The translations under genes and the position numbers were made by a program. From positions 144,646,001 to 144,710,000 of the forward strand of contig OZ024741.1 of assembly GCA_964016885.1 (NCBI GenBank): a stretch of DNA of 64,000 nt, written 5' to 3'. This document shows positions 1-12,745 of this stretch, piece by piece. Within the stretch, counting starts at the first letter, position 1. Each line of letters starts with the position of its first letter. Source of the stretch: Eledone cirrhosa (taxonomy: Eukaryota). The notes below the pieces were generated by a model. That model had not been told where the DNA came from. It made no database searches and saw only the letters and a program-made list of their open reading frames with translations.

Positions 1-166
1 TATAGAATTCACTTTCTACACTTGACCGGCTCCATCCACTCCCTTATTGTTCTACAGGCAAGTTCAGCCCCCCCCCCCCTACACACCGCCATGAAAGATT
101 TAATTGTGTTTACAAGAAATTTTGACCAATCCTTTTGACAACTACAATCTTCCTATATAAGGAATT

Positions 167-260
167 ACCCCTTGAAAAGTTTGGCTATCTATTACCATGC
201 TACAAATCTAATTTAGTCCAGAAATAGCCGTCAAAATGGCTTGAGATCTGCCGTCGGGGT
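167..260 (+). ncRNA. Degenerate type-I hammerhead ribozyme motif (PLE-type, full stem III)
   Basis: Stem I acccc/ggggt; core decayed to TTGAAAA and AAAA; stem II ggctat/atagcc; stem III tggc-loop-gccg; then TC. Homologous to 44667-44718 and 57650-57755. Confidence 0.55.
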
Positions 261-352
261 CTTGAACATTTTCCTATATATATATAAAGATACACATATA
301 TATATATATACAATATATTAATAAATGGAAACTATATCTATAAAACCATATT

Positions 353-418
353 TATTTTATTATACATATTTCAAGGGCAACCAAGGCAAATTATGGTGCA
401 CTTTCATCAGATAAAATA
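353..418 (-). ncRNA. Minimal type-I hammerhead ribozyme in a PLE-derived repeat (element about 311-492)
   Basis: Minus strand reads tattttat CTGATGA aagtgcacca..tggttgccctt GAAA tatgta TA ataaaata. Homologous to the 43666-43728 copy. Confidence 0.75.
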
Positions 419-1042
419 CAGATTTGTTTTATAAATAAATATTTACATACCCGGAAAAAAGACAACCTTAACGGTTGGAGCTTCCTGGATATATATATAT
501 ATATAGATATATACATATTTATATATATATATATATATACATATATATATACATACATATATATGTACATATATATACATACATATATATATGTATATAT
601 ACACATACATATATATATATATATAGTAATATTTATATCTATATTTATATATGTTTGATATAACTATAAATATGTAGGGTAATACTAAGTACTAGCCGGT
701 TACCGGTATGACAAAAGGCTCAATGCAAATTTTCAAGTCTTTTACAGAGCCAAGATACAAAGTGTTAAAACGATCAAATTTTAGTTTAGAACATTTATTA
801 GCTGGCAATTGTTTCTTCCAGAGGGAAGTCTGGAATCATCGGATGTACATTGCATGTATATATATGTGTGTATATGTATGTGTATATATATATATATATG
901 TTTGTATATATATATATATATGTATATATATATGTGTGTGTGTATGTGTATATATGTGTGTATATATATATATATATATGTATATGTGGGTGTGTGTGTA
1001 TATGTGTGTATAAGTGTGGGTGCAGATATGTGCGTGTGTGTG

Positions 1043-2800
1043 TCATCATCATCATCATCATCATCATCAGGTTTAGCGTCCGTGTTCCACGCTTGCATGG
1101 GTTTGGACGGGGGTTTTCCCACTTGAGGCAAGAGTGGTTGTCTTGCTCGCATAGGACTGTCTGGCGGGTTTTCTACAGTTGGATGCCCTTCCTAACACCA
1201 ACCACATTTTCAGTGTGGGGCTGGGAGGTTTTTACCGTGTTGCCTACACGGCCACATTACAGCGTGGACTGTCTGGCGGGTTTTCTACAGCTGGATGCCA
1301 TTCCTAACACCAACCACATTTACAGTGTGGGGCTGGGAGGTTTTTACCGTGTTGCCTACACGGCCACATTTACAGCGTGGACTGTGTGTTTTTTGTCGTG
1401 ACACCTACACGATCTCATTTGTTTCGGCCTGGATGTTGTGGGACCAACATAACTTTACATTGAAAGGGGCGGTGTGGGTGGGGTGGAGGTGGTGGGACGG
1501 GGGTGTGTTTTGATAGAGGTGCCTACTGACTGTAGTAGGTTTTTACTTTGTATTTAGGTAAGGCGGGTCTTCTCTATTACTGAGTACCGCCAAAGGTCTC
1601 GGTCCAGTGACATTGTCTTGGAGAGGTGTAAGCGTGTGAGGTCGGAATTTATCAGCTCGTCCCATGTTTTTCTGGGTCTGCCTACTCCGTGGCTACCGTC
1701 TATCTTTATTGCCCTGCACTTTGTTATACAGCTGTCGTCTTTCATGCGCATCACGTGTCCATACCAACGTAGCCTTCTCTCGAGTAAACAACATCTGATC
1801 CCTCTTATTTCTAATTTTTTCCTTAGTTCGTTTATGCTTTGCCGTTCACGTATATTACTATTGCACATCCAGCGGAGCATGCAAGCTTCGTTCCTCTCTA
1901 GTCTGCGTATATCCTCTGCACACAATGCCCAGGTCTCACTGCCATGCAGCATTGCTGTTCGTATGCAGGCATCGTATAACCTGCCTTTCATTTTTAGGGA
2001 GAACCCTCTAGCGGCTAATAGTGGTATAAGCTCTCTGAACTTTTTCCATCCAGTTCTGACTCTAGCTACAGTACTTTCAGAGCACCCTCCCCCACTGCTG
2101 ATTTTGTCACCCAGATAACGGAAGCTGTCCACTATTTCTATAGAACCCTCTGCGCAGTTGAAGGAGCTAGTATTTTGTGGGCACTTGCTGCTACTTATTG
2201 CACCAGAGCACCGGCCACATGTAAAATCTATGTTCTTAGTTAGCTTACCTGTGATCCCACTACATCTTTTATGCACCCATACTTTGCATTTGGGACATAA
2301 AATGGAGTTTCTACCTACGCCTTTCCTACACACTGAGCATGGCCATTTCCCCGATGGGACCGCCGCCTTATTTTCTTTCCTACAAACTAGAACTTTAGTC
2401 TTAGCCAGGTTAATTTTAAGGCCTTTTGATTCTAGGCCGTGCTTCCACGTTTGGAATTTCTTCTCTAGTTCGGTCATTGATTCAGCTATGAGCGTTAGAT
2501 CATCTGCGTATAGGAGTTCCCATGGGCAGCCGGTCTTGAACTCCTCTGTTATAGCCTGAAGGGCAATAATAAATAGTAGGGGGCTAAGTACAGAGCCCTG
2601 ATGGACACCAACTTTTACGCTAAACTCTTCACTATATTCGTTGTTAATTCTAACCTTACTGACTGTTTCTTTATACATGGCTTGTATAGCTCTCACAAGC
2701 CATTCGTCAACACCTAGTTTTCTAAGAGACCACCAGATAATGGAACGGGGGACTCTGTCGAAGGCTTTCTCCAAGTCGACAAAAGCTAAGTATAGGGGTG
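1043..2800 (-). mobile_element. RTE-clade LINE, family A, 5'-truncated; open RT C-terminal ORF 1554-2800
   Basis: FVDLEKAFDRV, GVHQGSVLSPLLF and LLYADDL RT motifs, an internal PHD-like Cys/His finger, RRLRWYGHVMR and GRPRKTW. 3'UTR ends in (GAT)n and carries a roughly 110-bp tandem duplication (about 1155-1385). Confidence 0.95.
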
Positions 2801-3587
2801 TCACACATATGTATATGCCTTATATTATGCATGCATAAAGTAACTATGTAAAAACTATCTAATTATAATAAACTAAATAAAAAAAACGTTTTAGGAATTT
2901 ACATTTAACAAACAAACATCTATTGACTCTAAACGACTCAAAATAATCCCATGGTTAATAGCTGTGAGTAACAAACAACTCATGCACATAAATACGAACT
3001 ACAACACAAAAACACTTAAATGAGAATCATATAATGAACTCTATCTAGTGATTTTACATAAAAAATACCTACATCATCACCACACGCCTCTCAAACAAAT
3101 TGCACACTATCTTAAATGTTTATAACAAATATAACATGCTTTAACACCCCACACAAAATATGTTTATTTCAACTGCATTATAACTCTTTCCTCATACATG
3201 CATTATTGACTGTATTGACTCCTGCATTGTACACCAATCGTCCTTGCTTATAACTTCTTTCCCTATGTTTTTTTTTCTTGTGTTTTTTTTCTTTGCTTGT
3301 GATTTTTTTGCTTGTGTTTTTTTACTTTTACTTATACCTATTACACTTCCAACCAGTGCTGCCTGTAATTGTGTTATTTCAAACGGAACATCTTTGTAAC
3401 TCCTGAATCTCCACATGATGCCTTTGACACTAATAACAACTATGTACCCTAAATGTTCTAAATGACTAGGATTATAGTTACACGTTTTCGACATTCCTTA
3501 TGTTCCGATGATACCATACTTCCCTCTGGAAGAAACAATTGTCAGCTAATAAATGTTCTAAACTAAAATTTGATCGTTTTAACACTT

Positions 3588-3633
<46 letters not shown>

Positions 3634-3690
3634 CATATATATATATAAAAATATATACACACATACACACATATATATATATATACACAT

Positions 3691-3739
<49 letters not shown>

Positions 3740-3808
3740 TATATATATATATACACGTACATATATATATATACACGTACATATATATATATACACATAT
3801 ATACACAT

Positions 3809-3839
<31 letters not shown>

Positions 3840-3858
3840 CACATACATATATATATAT

Positions 3859-3901
<43 letters not shown>

Positions 3902-4000
3902 TACACATACACACATATATATATATATATACACATATATATATATATCCACATATATATATATATACATATATACATGCATATATATACATATATATAT

Positions 4001-5243
4001 ACATGGAAGCATGGCCTAGAATCAAAAGGCCTTAAAGTTAACTTGTCTAAGACTAAAGTTCTAGTTTGTAGGAAGGAAAATAGGGCACCGGTCCCATCGG
4101 GGAAATGGCCATGCTCAGTGTGTAGGAAAGGAGTAGGCAGAAACTCCATTTTATGTCCCAAATGCAAAGTATGGGTGCATAAAAGATGTAGTGGGATCAC
4201 AGGTAAGCTAACTAAGAATATAGATTTTATATGTGGCCGGTGCTCTGGTGCAATAAGTAGCAGCAAGTGCCCACAGAATATTAGCTCATTCCATTGCACA
4301 GATGGTTCTATAGAAATAGTGGACACCTTCCGTTACCTGGGTGACAAAATCAGCAGTGGGGGAGGGTGCTCTGAAAGTACAGTAGCTAGAGTCAGAACGG
4401 GATGGAAAAAGTTCAGAGAGCTTATACCACTATTGGCCGCTAAAGGGTTCTCTCTAAAAATGAAAGGCAGGCTGTATGATGCCTGCATATGAACAGCAAT
4501 GTTACATGGCAGTGAGACCTGGGCATTGTGTGCAGAGGATATATGCAGACTGGAGAGAAACGAAGCATGCATGCTCCACTGGATGTGTAATACGTGAACG
4601 GCAAAGCATAAACGAACTAAGTGAGAAATTAGGAATAAGAGGGATCAGATGTTGTTTACTCGAGAGAAGACTACGTTGGTACGGTCACGTGATGCGCATG
4701 AAAGACGACAGCTGTATAAAAAAGTGCAGGGTGATAAAAATAGACGGTAGCCACTGAGTAGGCAAACCCAGAAAAACCTGGGACGACTTGATAAATTCCG
4801 ACCTCACACACTTACACCTCTCCAAGTCAATGTCATTGGACCAAAATCTTTGGCGCTACACAGTCATACAGAAGACCTGCCTTGCCTAAGTACAAAGCGA
4901 AACCTACAGTCAGTAGGCACCTCTAACAAAATACCCCCCCCCCCCTAAATGTGAAGTTATGTTGGTACCACAACATCCAGTCCGAAACAAATGAGGTCGT
5001 GTAGGTGTCACGACAAAAAAACACACAGTCCACGCTGTAATGTGGGAGTGTAGGTAACACGGTAAAAACCTCCCAGTCCACACTGTAAACGTGGTTGGTG
5101 TTAGGAAGGGCATCCAGCCGTAGAAAACCCGCCAGACAGTCCTATACAAGCACGACAACAAATCTTGCTTCAAGTGGGAAAACTCCCGTCCAAACCCATG
5201 CAAGCATGGAAGATGGACGTTAAACGATGATGATGATGATGAT
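4001..5243 (+). mobile_element. RTE LINE family A fragment, inverted relative to 1043-2800
   Basis: [14 protein letters not shown]...GRLYDACI followed by stops and frameshifts; same 3'UTR and (GAT)n tail. Confidence 0.93.
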
Positions 5244-5303
5244 ACATACATATATATATACACACACATATATATACATATATATACATACATATATATA
5301 TAT

Positions 5304-5344
<41 letters not shown>

Positions 5345-5466
5345 TACATATATATACATACATATATATATACATATATATACATACATATATATATACA
5401 TATCATCATCGATGATGATGATATACATACATATATATATACATATATACATACATATATATATAT

Positions 5467-6073
5467 GGTGGCTGCCAACTCGTTTTCGAGTACGGCCACT
5501 ACTTTATATCCATGTAGAACCCCTACCAATGCGCTGAACGAATGTGACTTTTTAGTCCAGCCAGCGACTTGAAAACTCTGGTACAAACACTACACCTGTG
5601 ACAATTATTGACACATAGTGCTGGGCCCATGATACCATGTGACGACAAGTGCAGAGAGATCTCCAGATATAAAGCAATGCCTGTGCCGTGAAGCTTTTAT
5701 AGTGAGCAAAGGCACTGCACAAAGCCAGTCCCACTCTCTTAACCAAGATGATATTTACCAAAAAGAAGAACAAGTCAACATCATTGGATACCATCAGGGT
5801 TGCAGGTGTTATATCAGAGTTTTCCTTCTCCTAGAATTCTGCCTTGACAAAGGCTAAGGGGTCATCTCTCCCGGTGATTTTGGATGGCTATTGACTCTTA
5901 AGAGCCCCTTTGCCTTTTGACAGGTTTTGTTTTTAGTCCTGCAGGATGTCCAAAGTCACCCTCCTCACCAAGAAACCTTGGTGGGGTTGTCAGTTTAGTC
6001 GCCAACGACCCGACCATGAGACAGGTTGTACTGGGATACATGTTACCAGTAGCACCAACTGGTGACCTGACAC
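5467..6073 (-). mobile_element. Probable 5'UTR fragment of an RTE-type retrotransposon
   Basis: Minus strand contains 'ctaggagaaggaaaactctga', which I recognise from RTE/BovB-like 5'UTRs. GC-richer block bounded on both sides by (TA)n. Confidence 0.5.
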
Positions 6074-6123
6074 AATATATATATATACATATATACATAC
6101 ATATATATATATACATATATCAA

Positions 6124-7508
6124 CATCATCATCATCATCATCACCGTTTTACGTCCGTTCTTCCATGCTAGCATGGGTTAGACGGGTTGTCCTGTTGTGG
6201 GCAGTGTCTGGTCGGCTGACCATGCCTTGTTCATACAGGAACTGATTTTGGCTTGATTTCTACAGCTGGATGCCCTTCCTAACACCAACCTCATTTACAG
6301 TGAGTGCTGTGTGCTTTTTCCGTGGCGCCTACACGTCCACTTTACAGTGTGGGCTTGGTGCTTTTTTGCCGTGGCACCTTCACGACCACCTTGCAGTGGG
6401 AGGGTGTGGGGGCATATTGTCTATATGCTTCAGCTTGTACCCATGGGAGGTCGGGTACTCTGTATTACTGCGTGACGCCAGAGGTCACGGTCGTGTGTCA
6501 TCGCCTTTGAGAGGTGTAATTGGGTAAGGTCGGCTTTTATCACCTCATCCAAGGTCTTCTTGGGTCTCCCCACTCCGCGGTTTCCATTGACTTCTAGTGC
6601 TCTGCACCTTTTTATGCAGCTGTCATCCTTCATACGCATCACACGTCCATACCAACGCAACCGCCTCTCCTGCACACAGTATTTGATTCCTCTTATGCTC
6701 AGTCTCTCTCTCAATTCCTTTATGCTTTGTCGTTCACGTATATTACTATTACACATCCATTGGAGCATGCAGGCTTCGTTTCTCTCTAATCTACGTAAGT
6801 CTTCCACAGACAGCGCCCAGGTCTCACTACCATGTAACATTGCTGTTCAGATACACGCATCATACAGTCTGCCTTTCATTTTGAGGGAGAAGCCTTTTGC
6901 AGCTAGCAGTGGCAGTAGTTCCCTGAACTTCTTCCATCCCGTTCTTACCCTAGTTATTGTACTTTCTGAACACCCACCTCCGCTGCTAATTCGGTCACCT
7001 AGGTAGCAGAAGCTGCCTACAGTTTCTACAGGGCCCTCCCAGAGATTGGTTATACTTGTTTCCTGTGGTTGTTTGCTGCTTGCTGTCCCAGCACAGCTGC
7101 TACATGTGAAGCCTACATTCTTAATTAAGCTTCCTGAGATCCCGCTACATCTCTTGTGTACATTTGGGGCAGAGAATGGAGTTCCTACCTACACCTTTCC
7201 TACATACTGAGCAAGGCCATTTCCCTGAGGGGATCTGGGTTCTGTTTTCTCGTCTACTTACAAGGACCTTAGTCTTTGTCATGTTGACTTTGAGACCCTT
7301 TCTTTCTAGTCCCTGCTTCCAAGTTTGGAATTTCTTCTCTAGTTCTACCATAGATTCAGCTATAAGTGCGAGGTCATCAGCATACAGGAGTTCCCATGGG
7401 CATCTGGTCTTAAACTCCTCTGTTAATGCCTGCAGGACTATGATGAACAGGAGGGGGCTAAGAACAGGGCCCTGGTGGACACCAACCTGTACGCTAAATT
7501 CCTCGCTA
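6124..7508 (-). mobile_element. RTE LINE family B, 5'-truncated, with internal deletion/frameshift
   Basis: ORFs 7145-7723 and 6430-6840 carry GVHQG.VLSPLLF, YADDL and RRLRWYG. 3'UTR is distinct from family A; (GAT)n tail at 6124. Confidence 0.93.
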
Positions 7509-9188
7509 TGTATATATATACATATATATATACATACATACATACATATATATATACATACATACATATACATACATATATATACATACATACACATACA
7601 TATAGATATATATATATATACATACACATACATATATATATATATATACATACATACACATATATATATACATACATACACATATGTATATACATACACA
7701 CATATATATATATACATACACACATATATATATACATATATATCATTTTATTCATCATTTCATCATTTCATTTTACGCCCGCTTTTCCCTGCTTGCAAGG
7801 GTGGGACGGGAACTGATTCTGGCTTGATTTCTACAGCTGGATGCCCTTCCTAACACCAACCTCATTTACAATGAGTGGTGGGTGCTTTTCTTCCGTGGCG
7901 CCTACACGTCCACTTTACAGTGTGGCTGGGTCCTTTTTTGCCGTGGCACCTCTACGACCACTTTGCAACTGTTTATTTTAGCTATAATGCCATCACACAA
8001 AGATTAACTATTGACATCCTGTACCATATGAAGCCCCATTAGCAAGACATTCTTAAAAAATATAAAAAAACAGCATTATAACTGCATCTCAATAATTTAA
8101 GTCTTCAGTTAATAGCAACTTTTCACAATGATCTGTCAACAAGTAAAGATACTATAATCATTTGGTGGCAACAGTATGGCTGAATGGTTAAGAAATTTGC
8201 TTCACAATCATTAAGTGCTAGGTTTGATCCCATAGTGTGTCATCCAGGCCAAGGGTCATTTACCATAGCCTCAGGTTGACCCATGCTTTGTCAATGAAAT
8301 TGGGTAGGCTGAAACTGTTTGGAAGCCTGTTGGAGGACTGTACCTGCAATTCAAAGAACTAGACTTGTTACACACACTGTATCAAGTTGAATTTTTCTGA
8401 GAATTACATTAAACCTTTGGCATTTACATTACTCTATATATATTATTGTATTTTTGTGGTAAAGGCTTTATCTTAAATAATTATCTCACATAATATCGAA
8501 TCTATGAGATTTTGATGTTATTTATTTTGAAAACAACAATTTAATATCAGTATGAGCAGTCATTTACAGTCAGTTTGAACATAATGAGGTGAGAGAATTC
8601 TGGTCAGATACAGCCGGTTTAAATGCCAAAGGGTTAAGGGCATATGTGTTTCTACAATTCTCAGACATGTACATGTTAAGCAGGCTGTTTTGTTGTTCGA
8701 ACAACTGGAACACTTATCATTGACACCAATGGAGGTCCATCCCACAAACATTTGAACTAACAAACCCATTTTTAGTTATTTTCTGCTAAATCATTACAGG
8801 ATGTTAACATTTAAGAGTTGACATGAAAATGTTCACTAAACTATGTGAAGAATCACATTTTGGAAAAAGATTTTTCTCAAATTTGCTGTAAATATTTATG
8901 AATAGCAAATTGTTTTATCGCTCTTTTCCTTTCCTTTCTTTATATCAATCAGTTATTTCTCCTCCCTTTCCTTTTTCTTCCTATTATTGATTTATCCTTC
9001 TTCTCTTGCTTTTATATTCTCTTTCATACTTTCTCTCCTTCTGGTTGTATATATCTATGTGTGTATGTATACATGTATGGCTATTGTAGGTGTATGAATG
9101 TTTGTATATAAAAATGTGTATATGTATGTAGACATGTACTAATCATGTGTGTATAAATATCTGTCTATATAAGCATATGTATATATAT

Positions 9189-9353
9189 ATATGTGTACAT
9201 ATATTTATTGTTCTAATTGTGTGTGCATGAATATATCTCTCTCAATAAATCTATACATGTGTATATGTGTATATATGTGTACATATATTTATTGTTCTAA
9301 TTGTGTGTGCATGAATATATCTCTCTCAATAAATCTATACATGTGTATATGTG
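9189..9353. repeat. Near-perfect tandem duplication, about 83 bp x2
   Basis: atatgtgtacatatatttattgttctaattgtg...atctatacatgtgtatatgtgt occurs twice. Confidence 0.85.
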
Positions 9354-10980
9354 TATGAATGTCTGTATTCAAAAATGTGTAAGTACACTGATGCTCTCTC
9401 TCTCTCTCTCTCTCTCTCTGTATATGAGTCAGAATGTGTTCAAATATAAATGTGAAGATTTTGCTGAATAGACATATGAAAGTGTATATGTCTTGCTTAA
9501 TAGACAGTACACAAATCTGTTCTTTAATTTATTGATAAATCTGATCGATTTATTATTGTTATCATTATTATCACTATTACCATCATCATCATCACCATTA
9601 TTATTATTATTATTGTTATTATTTATTATTATCATTATTTTTATCATCATTGTCACCATTATTAAAATCTTTATTAATATAACTATAATTATAGTGGTTG
9701 TGTTGTTTTATTTGTGAGGCGTTGGGTGGGGTGTATGGTTGAGTGTTCATTATAGTTGCTGTAGTTTTAGATTGTTGGTAACATTTCGTTAAGTGGAAAG
9801 AAGACAGAGAAGATGTGGGGAGAAATAGATTGAAGACCTAGAGGAAGGGAATGAGAGAAGGGGAGACTGGAGAAAAACTGAAGAAATCCTGGACATAAGA
9901 AGGAAACCTACAGCCTAAAAGACACCTGCTTGACAAGAGAACATATGAATGTCTGGATTTACAGAGCATAGGGTGTGAAATAGTAAAAAACAAAAGTATT
10001 GATTTCTTCTGTAGGAATGGAAAAATAAGTTGTTTTGGTGTCCATAGATTTCTTAAGAGTATTAGTAGTAGAGGTGGTGATAGTAGTAGTAGTAGTGGTT
10101 GTGGTGGTAGTAATAGTAGTAGTGGTGGTATTAGTATGAGCAAATTAAAAGTTTGAACCCTGTTCAAGACAGAAATATTACACTAAAGACAAGACGATCA
10201 TGGCTAGAATGCTTCTAATCAGAGTGATGCATGTTCAGGGCATACTTGGACTAAACAACAATAACAGCAAAACAAATTTAGTGCCCATGGCTCCTAAATA
10301 CTTTCTCTAAACATATGCCCATTATTTGTCCATTGGATGATCTGTTTACAGCTCCATGCACTCTGTGTTTAAATACTGTCTAGGTTCACTTTTCCTTTCA
10401 TTCTTTCGAGATTGATTAGAAAGTTCTCTTTTCCTTCCAGAGGTTACATATTGAATGTTTCTCTGGATCAAAGGTGTCTTATTTGCTTGCAACTATATGG
10501 GCACGTAAAACCCTTATAGAAAACATGCTATATTGAAATTGCAAGTGACAGCCATAATTGTTTTACTTTTTTAGTTTTACCTGCGTCTGTGTACCTATAA
10601 GTTTAACTGAAGCCAGCTGAGCTGTATGTCTCACTACTACTACTACTACTACTACTGGACACTAACCCCTCTTGCCATGTTTCATACAAACCCATAGGAA
10701 GGTGAGGTATTGACAAAGCGAAAAGAGGTGGAATTTGAACTCAGAATGCCCAGAACTTTATCATATATTGCCAAACATCTCATCTGATTCTTAACAGCTA
10801 TCCCAATTCACCAATTCTGAATTGACACTTAATTTATCAACTCTGAATGGATGAAAGGTAAAGTTGACCTCAGCAGTAATTGAACTCAGTGTGCAGTGAG
10901 TTGGAACAAATATCAAGGTGTTTGATCTGTTGCCAAATCACCACCTAACAACTCTAACCTCACTTCATTAATCTAATACT

Positions 10981-11157
10981 GTGAATTGGCAGTATTGGTA
11001 GAGGGTCAGACATGCTTTCCAGCGTAGTTACGTCCCTTTACGATCTGAGTTCAAATCCAGCCGAGGTTAACTTTGACTTTCATCCTTACAGGGTCGATAA
11101 AATAAAGTACCAGTAATACACTGGGTAATTGCTGGCCTTGTGCCAAAAGTAGAAACA
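10981..11157 (+). mobile_element. SINE family 1 (tRNA-like head, central 'ctttcatccttac.gggtcgataaaataaagtaccag' domain) with TSD
   Basis: B-box-like gagttcaaatcc; 14-bp TSD attaatctaatact (10967-10980 / 11158-11171). The central domain resembles the Meta-SINE domain (from memory). Confidence 0.85.
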
Positions 11158-11225
11158 ATTAATCTAATACTCAATTTAGAAGAGATTAAAAGTATTATAG
11201 TCACTTGTTCTTCCTCCTCCTCACA

Positions 11226-11440
11226 TTAACTCTTAACATCCTATATCATATGAAACTGCATCAGCAACACATTCTTTAAAAAGTACAAAACAGCACTATG
11301 ACAGCAGCACATTAAAAATGAATGACTTTAGTTTACTGTGAATGTTTACAGTGATCTGTCTACTAGTAATGATACTATAAACATTTAAAGTAACAAACAT
11401 GATTTTATTTTCTGCTAAATCATTACAAGATGTTGAAAGT
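11226..11440. mobile_element. Second old MITE-like family (also about 7995-8165 with 8770-8820, 28555-28725 with 30043-30075, and inverted at about 15685-15870)
   Basis: Shared blocks ttaactcttaacatcct, tgatctgtc..tagtaa.gatactataa.cattt and ttctgctaaatcattaca.gatgtt. Two copies are split by later SINE or RTE insertions. Confidence 0.55.
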
Positions 11441-11997
11441 GAGGAAGAAATAATTGCCAGGAATATATTTTATTGATTCACTCTGAAAACCATGTAAATG
11501 TTATGAGTTTTCCCTGTCATTGAATCTGTAGCATTGGAGATTTCTGGCATTCTTGGTCCTCTCCCTATTCATTGCTATCATCTAGAGTTGGCCACATATG
11601 AGTTAGAATGGGTATTTCAACATGTCTTCTTTACTATCCTTCAGGGTAACACTTTCCCCATTCTATCACCTGAAACCATGAGGGTGGGGGACTTGTGTAC
11701 ACTAGAGAGCATCCTCCTACACTCTCCAGGCTCATATCATTGGGATGGCAGACTGAGTGTACATCCATTAAGTTATGTTCTAATCACTATGATCAAAGAT
11801 TAACACTATCTGTGTTAATCTTTGATGAAAATGTTAGTGGGGTTAGCGTTTATCTCACTCTCTCTATAACAGGATATATATGGGAGTTGAGTAAATGTTA
11901 CAAATTTACTTGTAACAAGATGAATTAGAGGTAAGTAAATGTTATAAGTTTAACTATAGCAGAATAAAATGGAGTTAAGTTAATATTACAAGTTTAC

Positions 11998-12178
11998 CTG
12001 TAGCAGGATATAATGGAGTTAAGTAGTCCCCATCACCACCCACTGTTCCTCTCTGTACACCTTCTGGGGGTAACCACCATGTCTGTGGGTATGTTTCATT
12101 ATTCTCATCGATGTTGAAGTCTGCTGGGTCTGTGTACAAGATCATTCCACTTGCATTGTATTTGGCTGCTATTTTTAG
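11998..12178 (-). CDS. GCPII/NAALADase-like exon D (not in ORF track)
   Basis: Manual translation LKIAAKYNASGMILYTDPADFNIDENNETYPQTWWLPPEGVQRGTVGGDGDYLTPLYPAT matches 'GVILYSDPADY..SYP.GWNLP..GVQRG...GDPLTPGYPA'. Acceptor cttaaaag|, donor ACAG|gtaaac, 181 nt, phase 0/1. Confidence 0.93.
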
Positions 12179-12371
12179 CTTTTAAGATATAAAACAGTGA
12201 AAAACAATAGGTAAATGCAAAGAAAAGGAAAGACTCTTTCTGGAAGAGTTAAAACAAATAAACAAAATGTTAAACAAGAGTTCTCACATCAACACTATCA
12301 CCACCATTCAGCTGCAATCATCATCATCATCATCATCACTTTTTAACGTCCATTTCTCCATGCTTGCATCC

Positions 12372-12430
<59 letters not shown>

Positions 12431-12745
12431 GAAACAAAGTTTAATGGTTAGAGAGTTGGATTCACAATCATGAGGTTGTGAGTTTCATTCTCAGACCAGG
12501 CAATGGGTTGTGTCCTTGAGCAAGACACTTTATTTCACATTGCTCCAGTTCATTACACCATCACTGGTGCCAAACTGCATCCACCTTTGCCTTTCTCTTG
12601 GACATCAGTGGTGTAGAGAGGGGAAACTGGTATGTATGGGCAACAGCTGGTGTTCCACAAAAACACCATGCCCAGTTTTGAGTCATGGAAGGGAACTTTC
12701 TAAGAGCAAAACCCATGGTTATTTGTGAAATAAATATGTGAATGT

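Noticed and set aside
1618-2838. Plus-strand ORFs 1618-2118, 2158-2559 and 2641-2838, and similar ones at 6560, 7164 and 41022
   Set aside because: Antisense shadows of the RTE reverse transcriptase ORF.
1-11860. Search for the next GCPII exon ('LP.IPVHPIGY.DA')
   Set aside because: Not found by eye; it probably lies outside the window, so none is reported.
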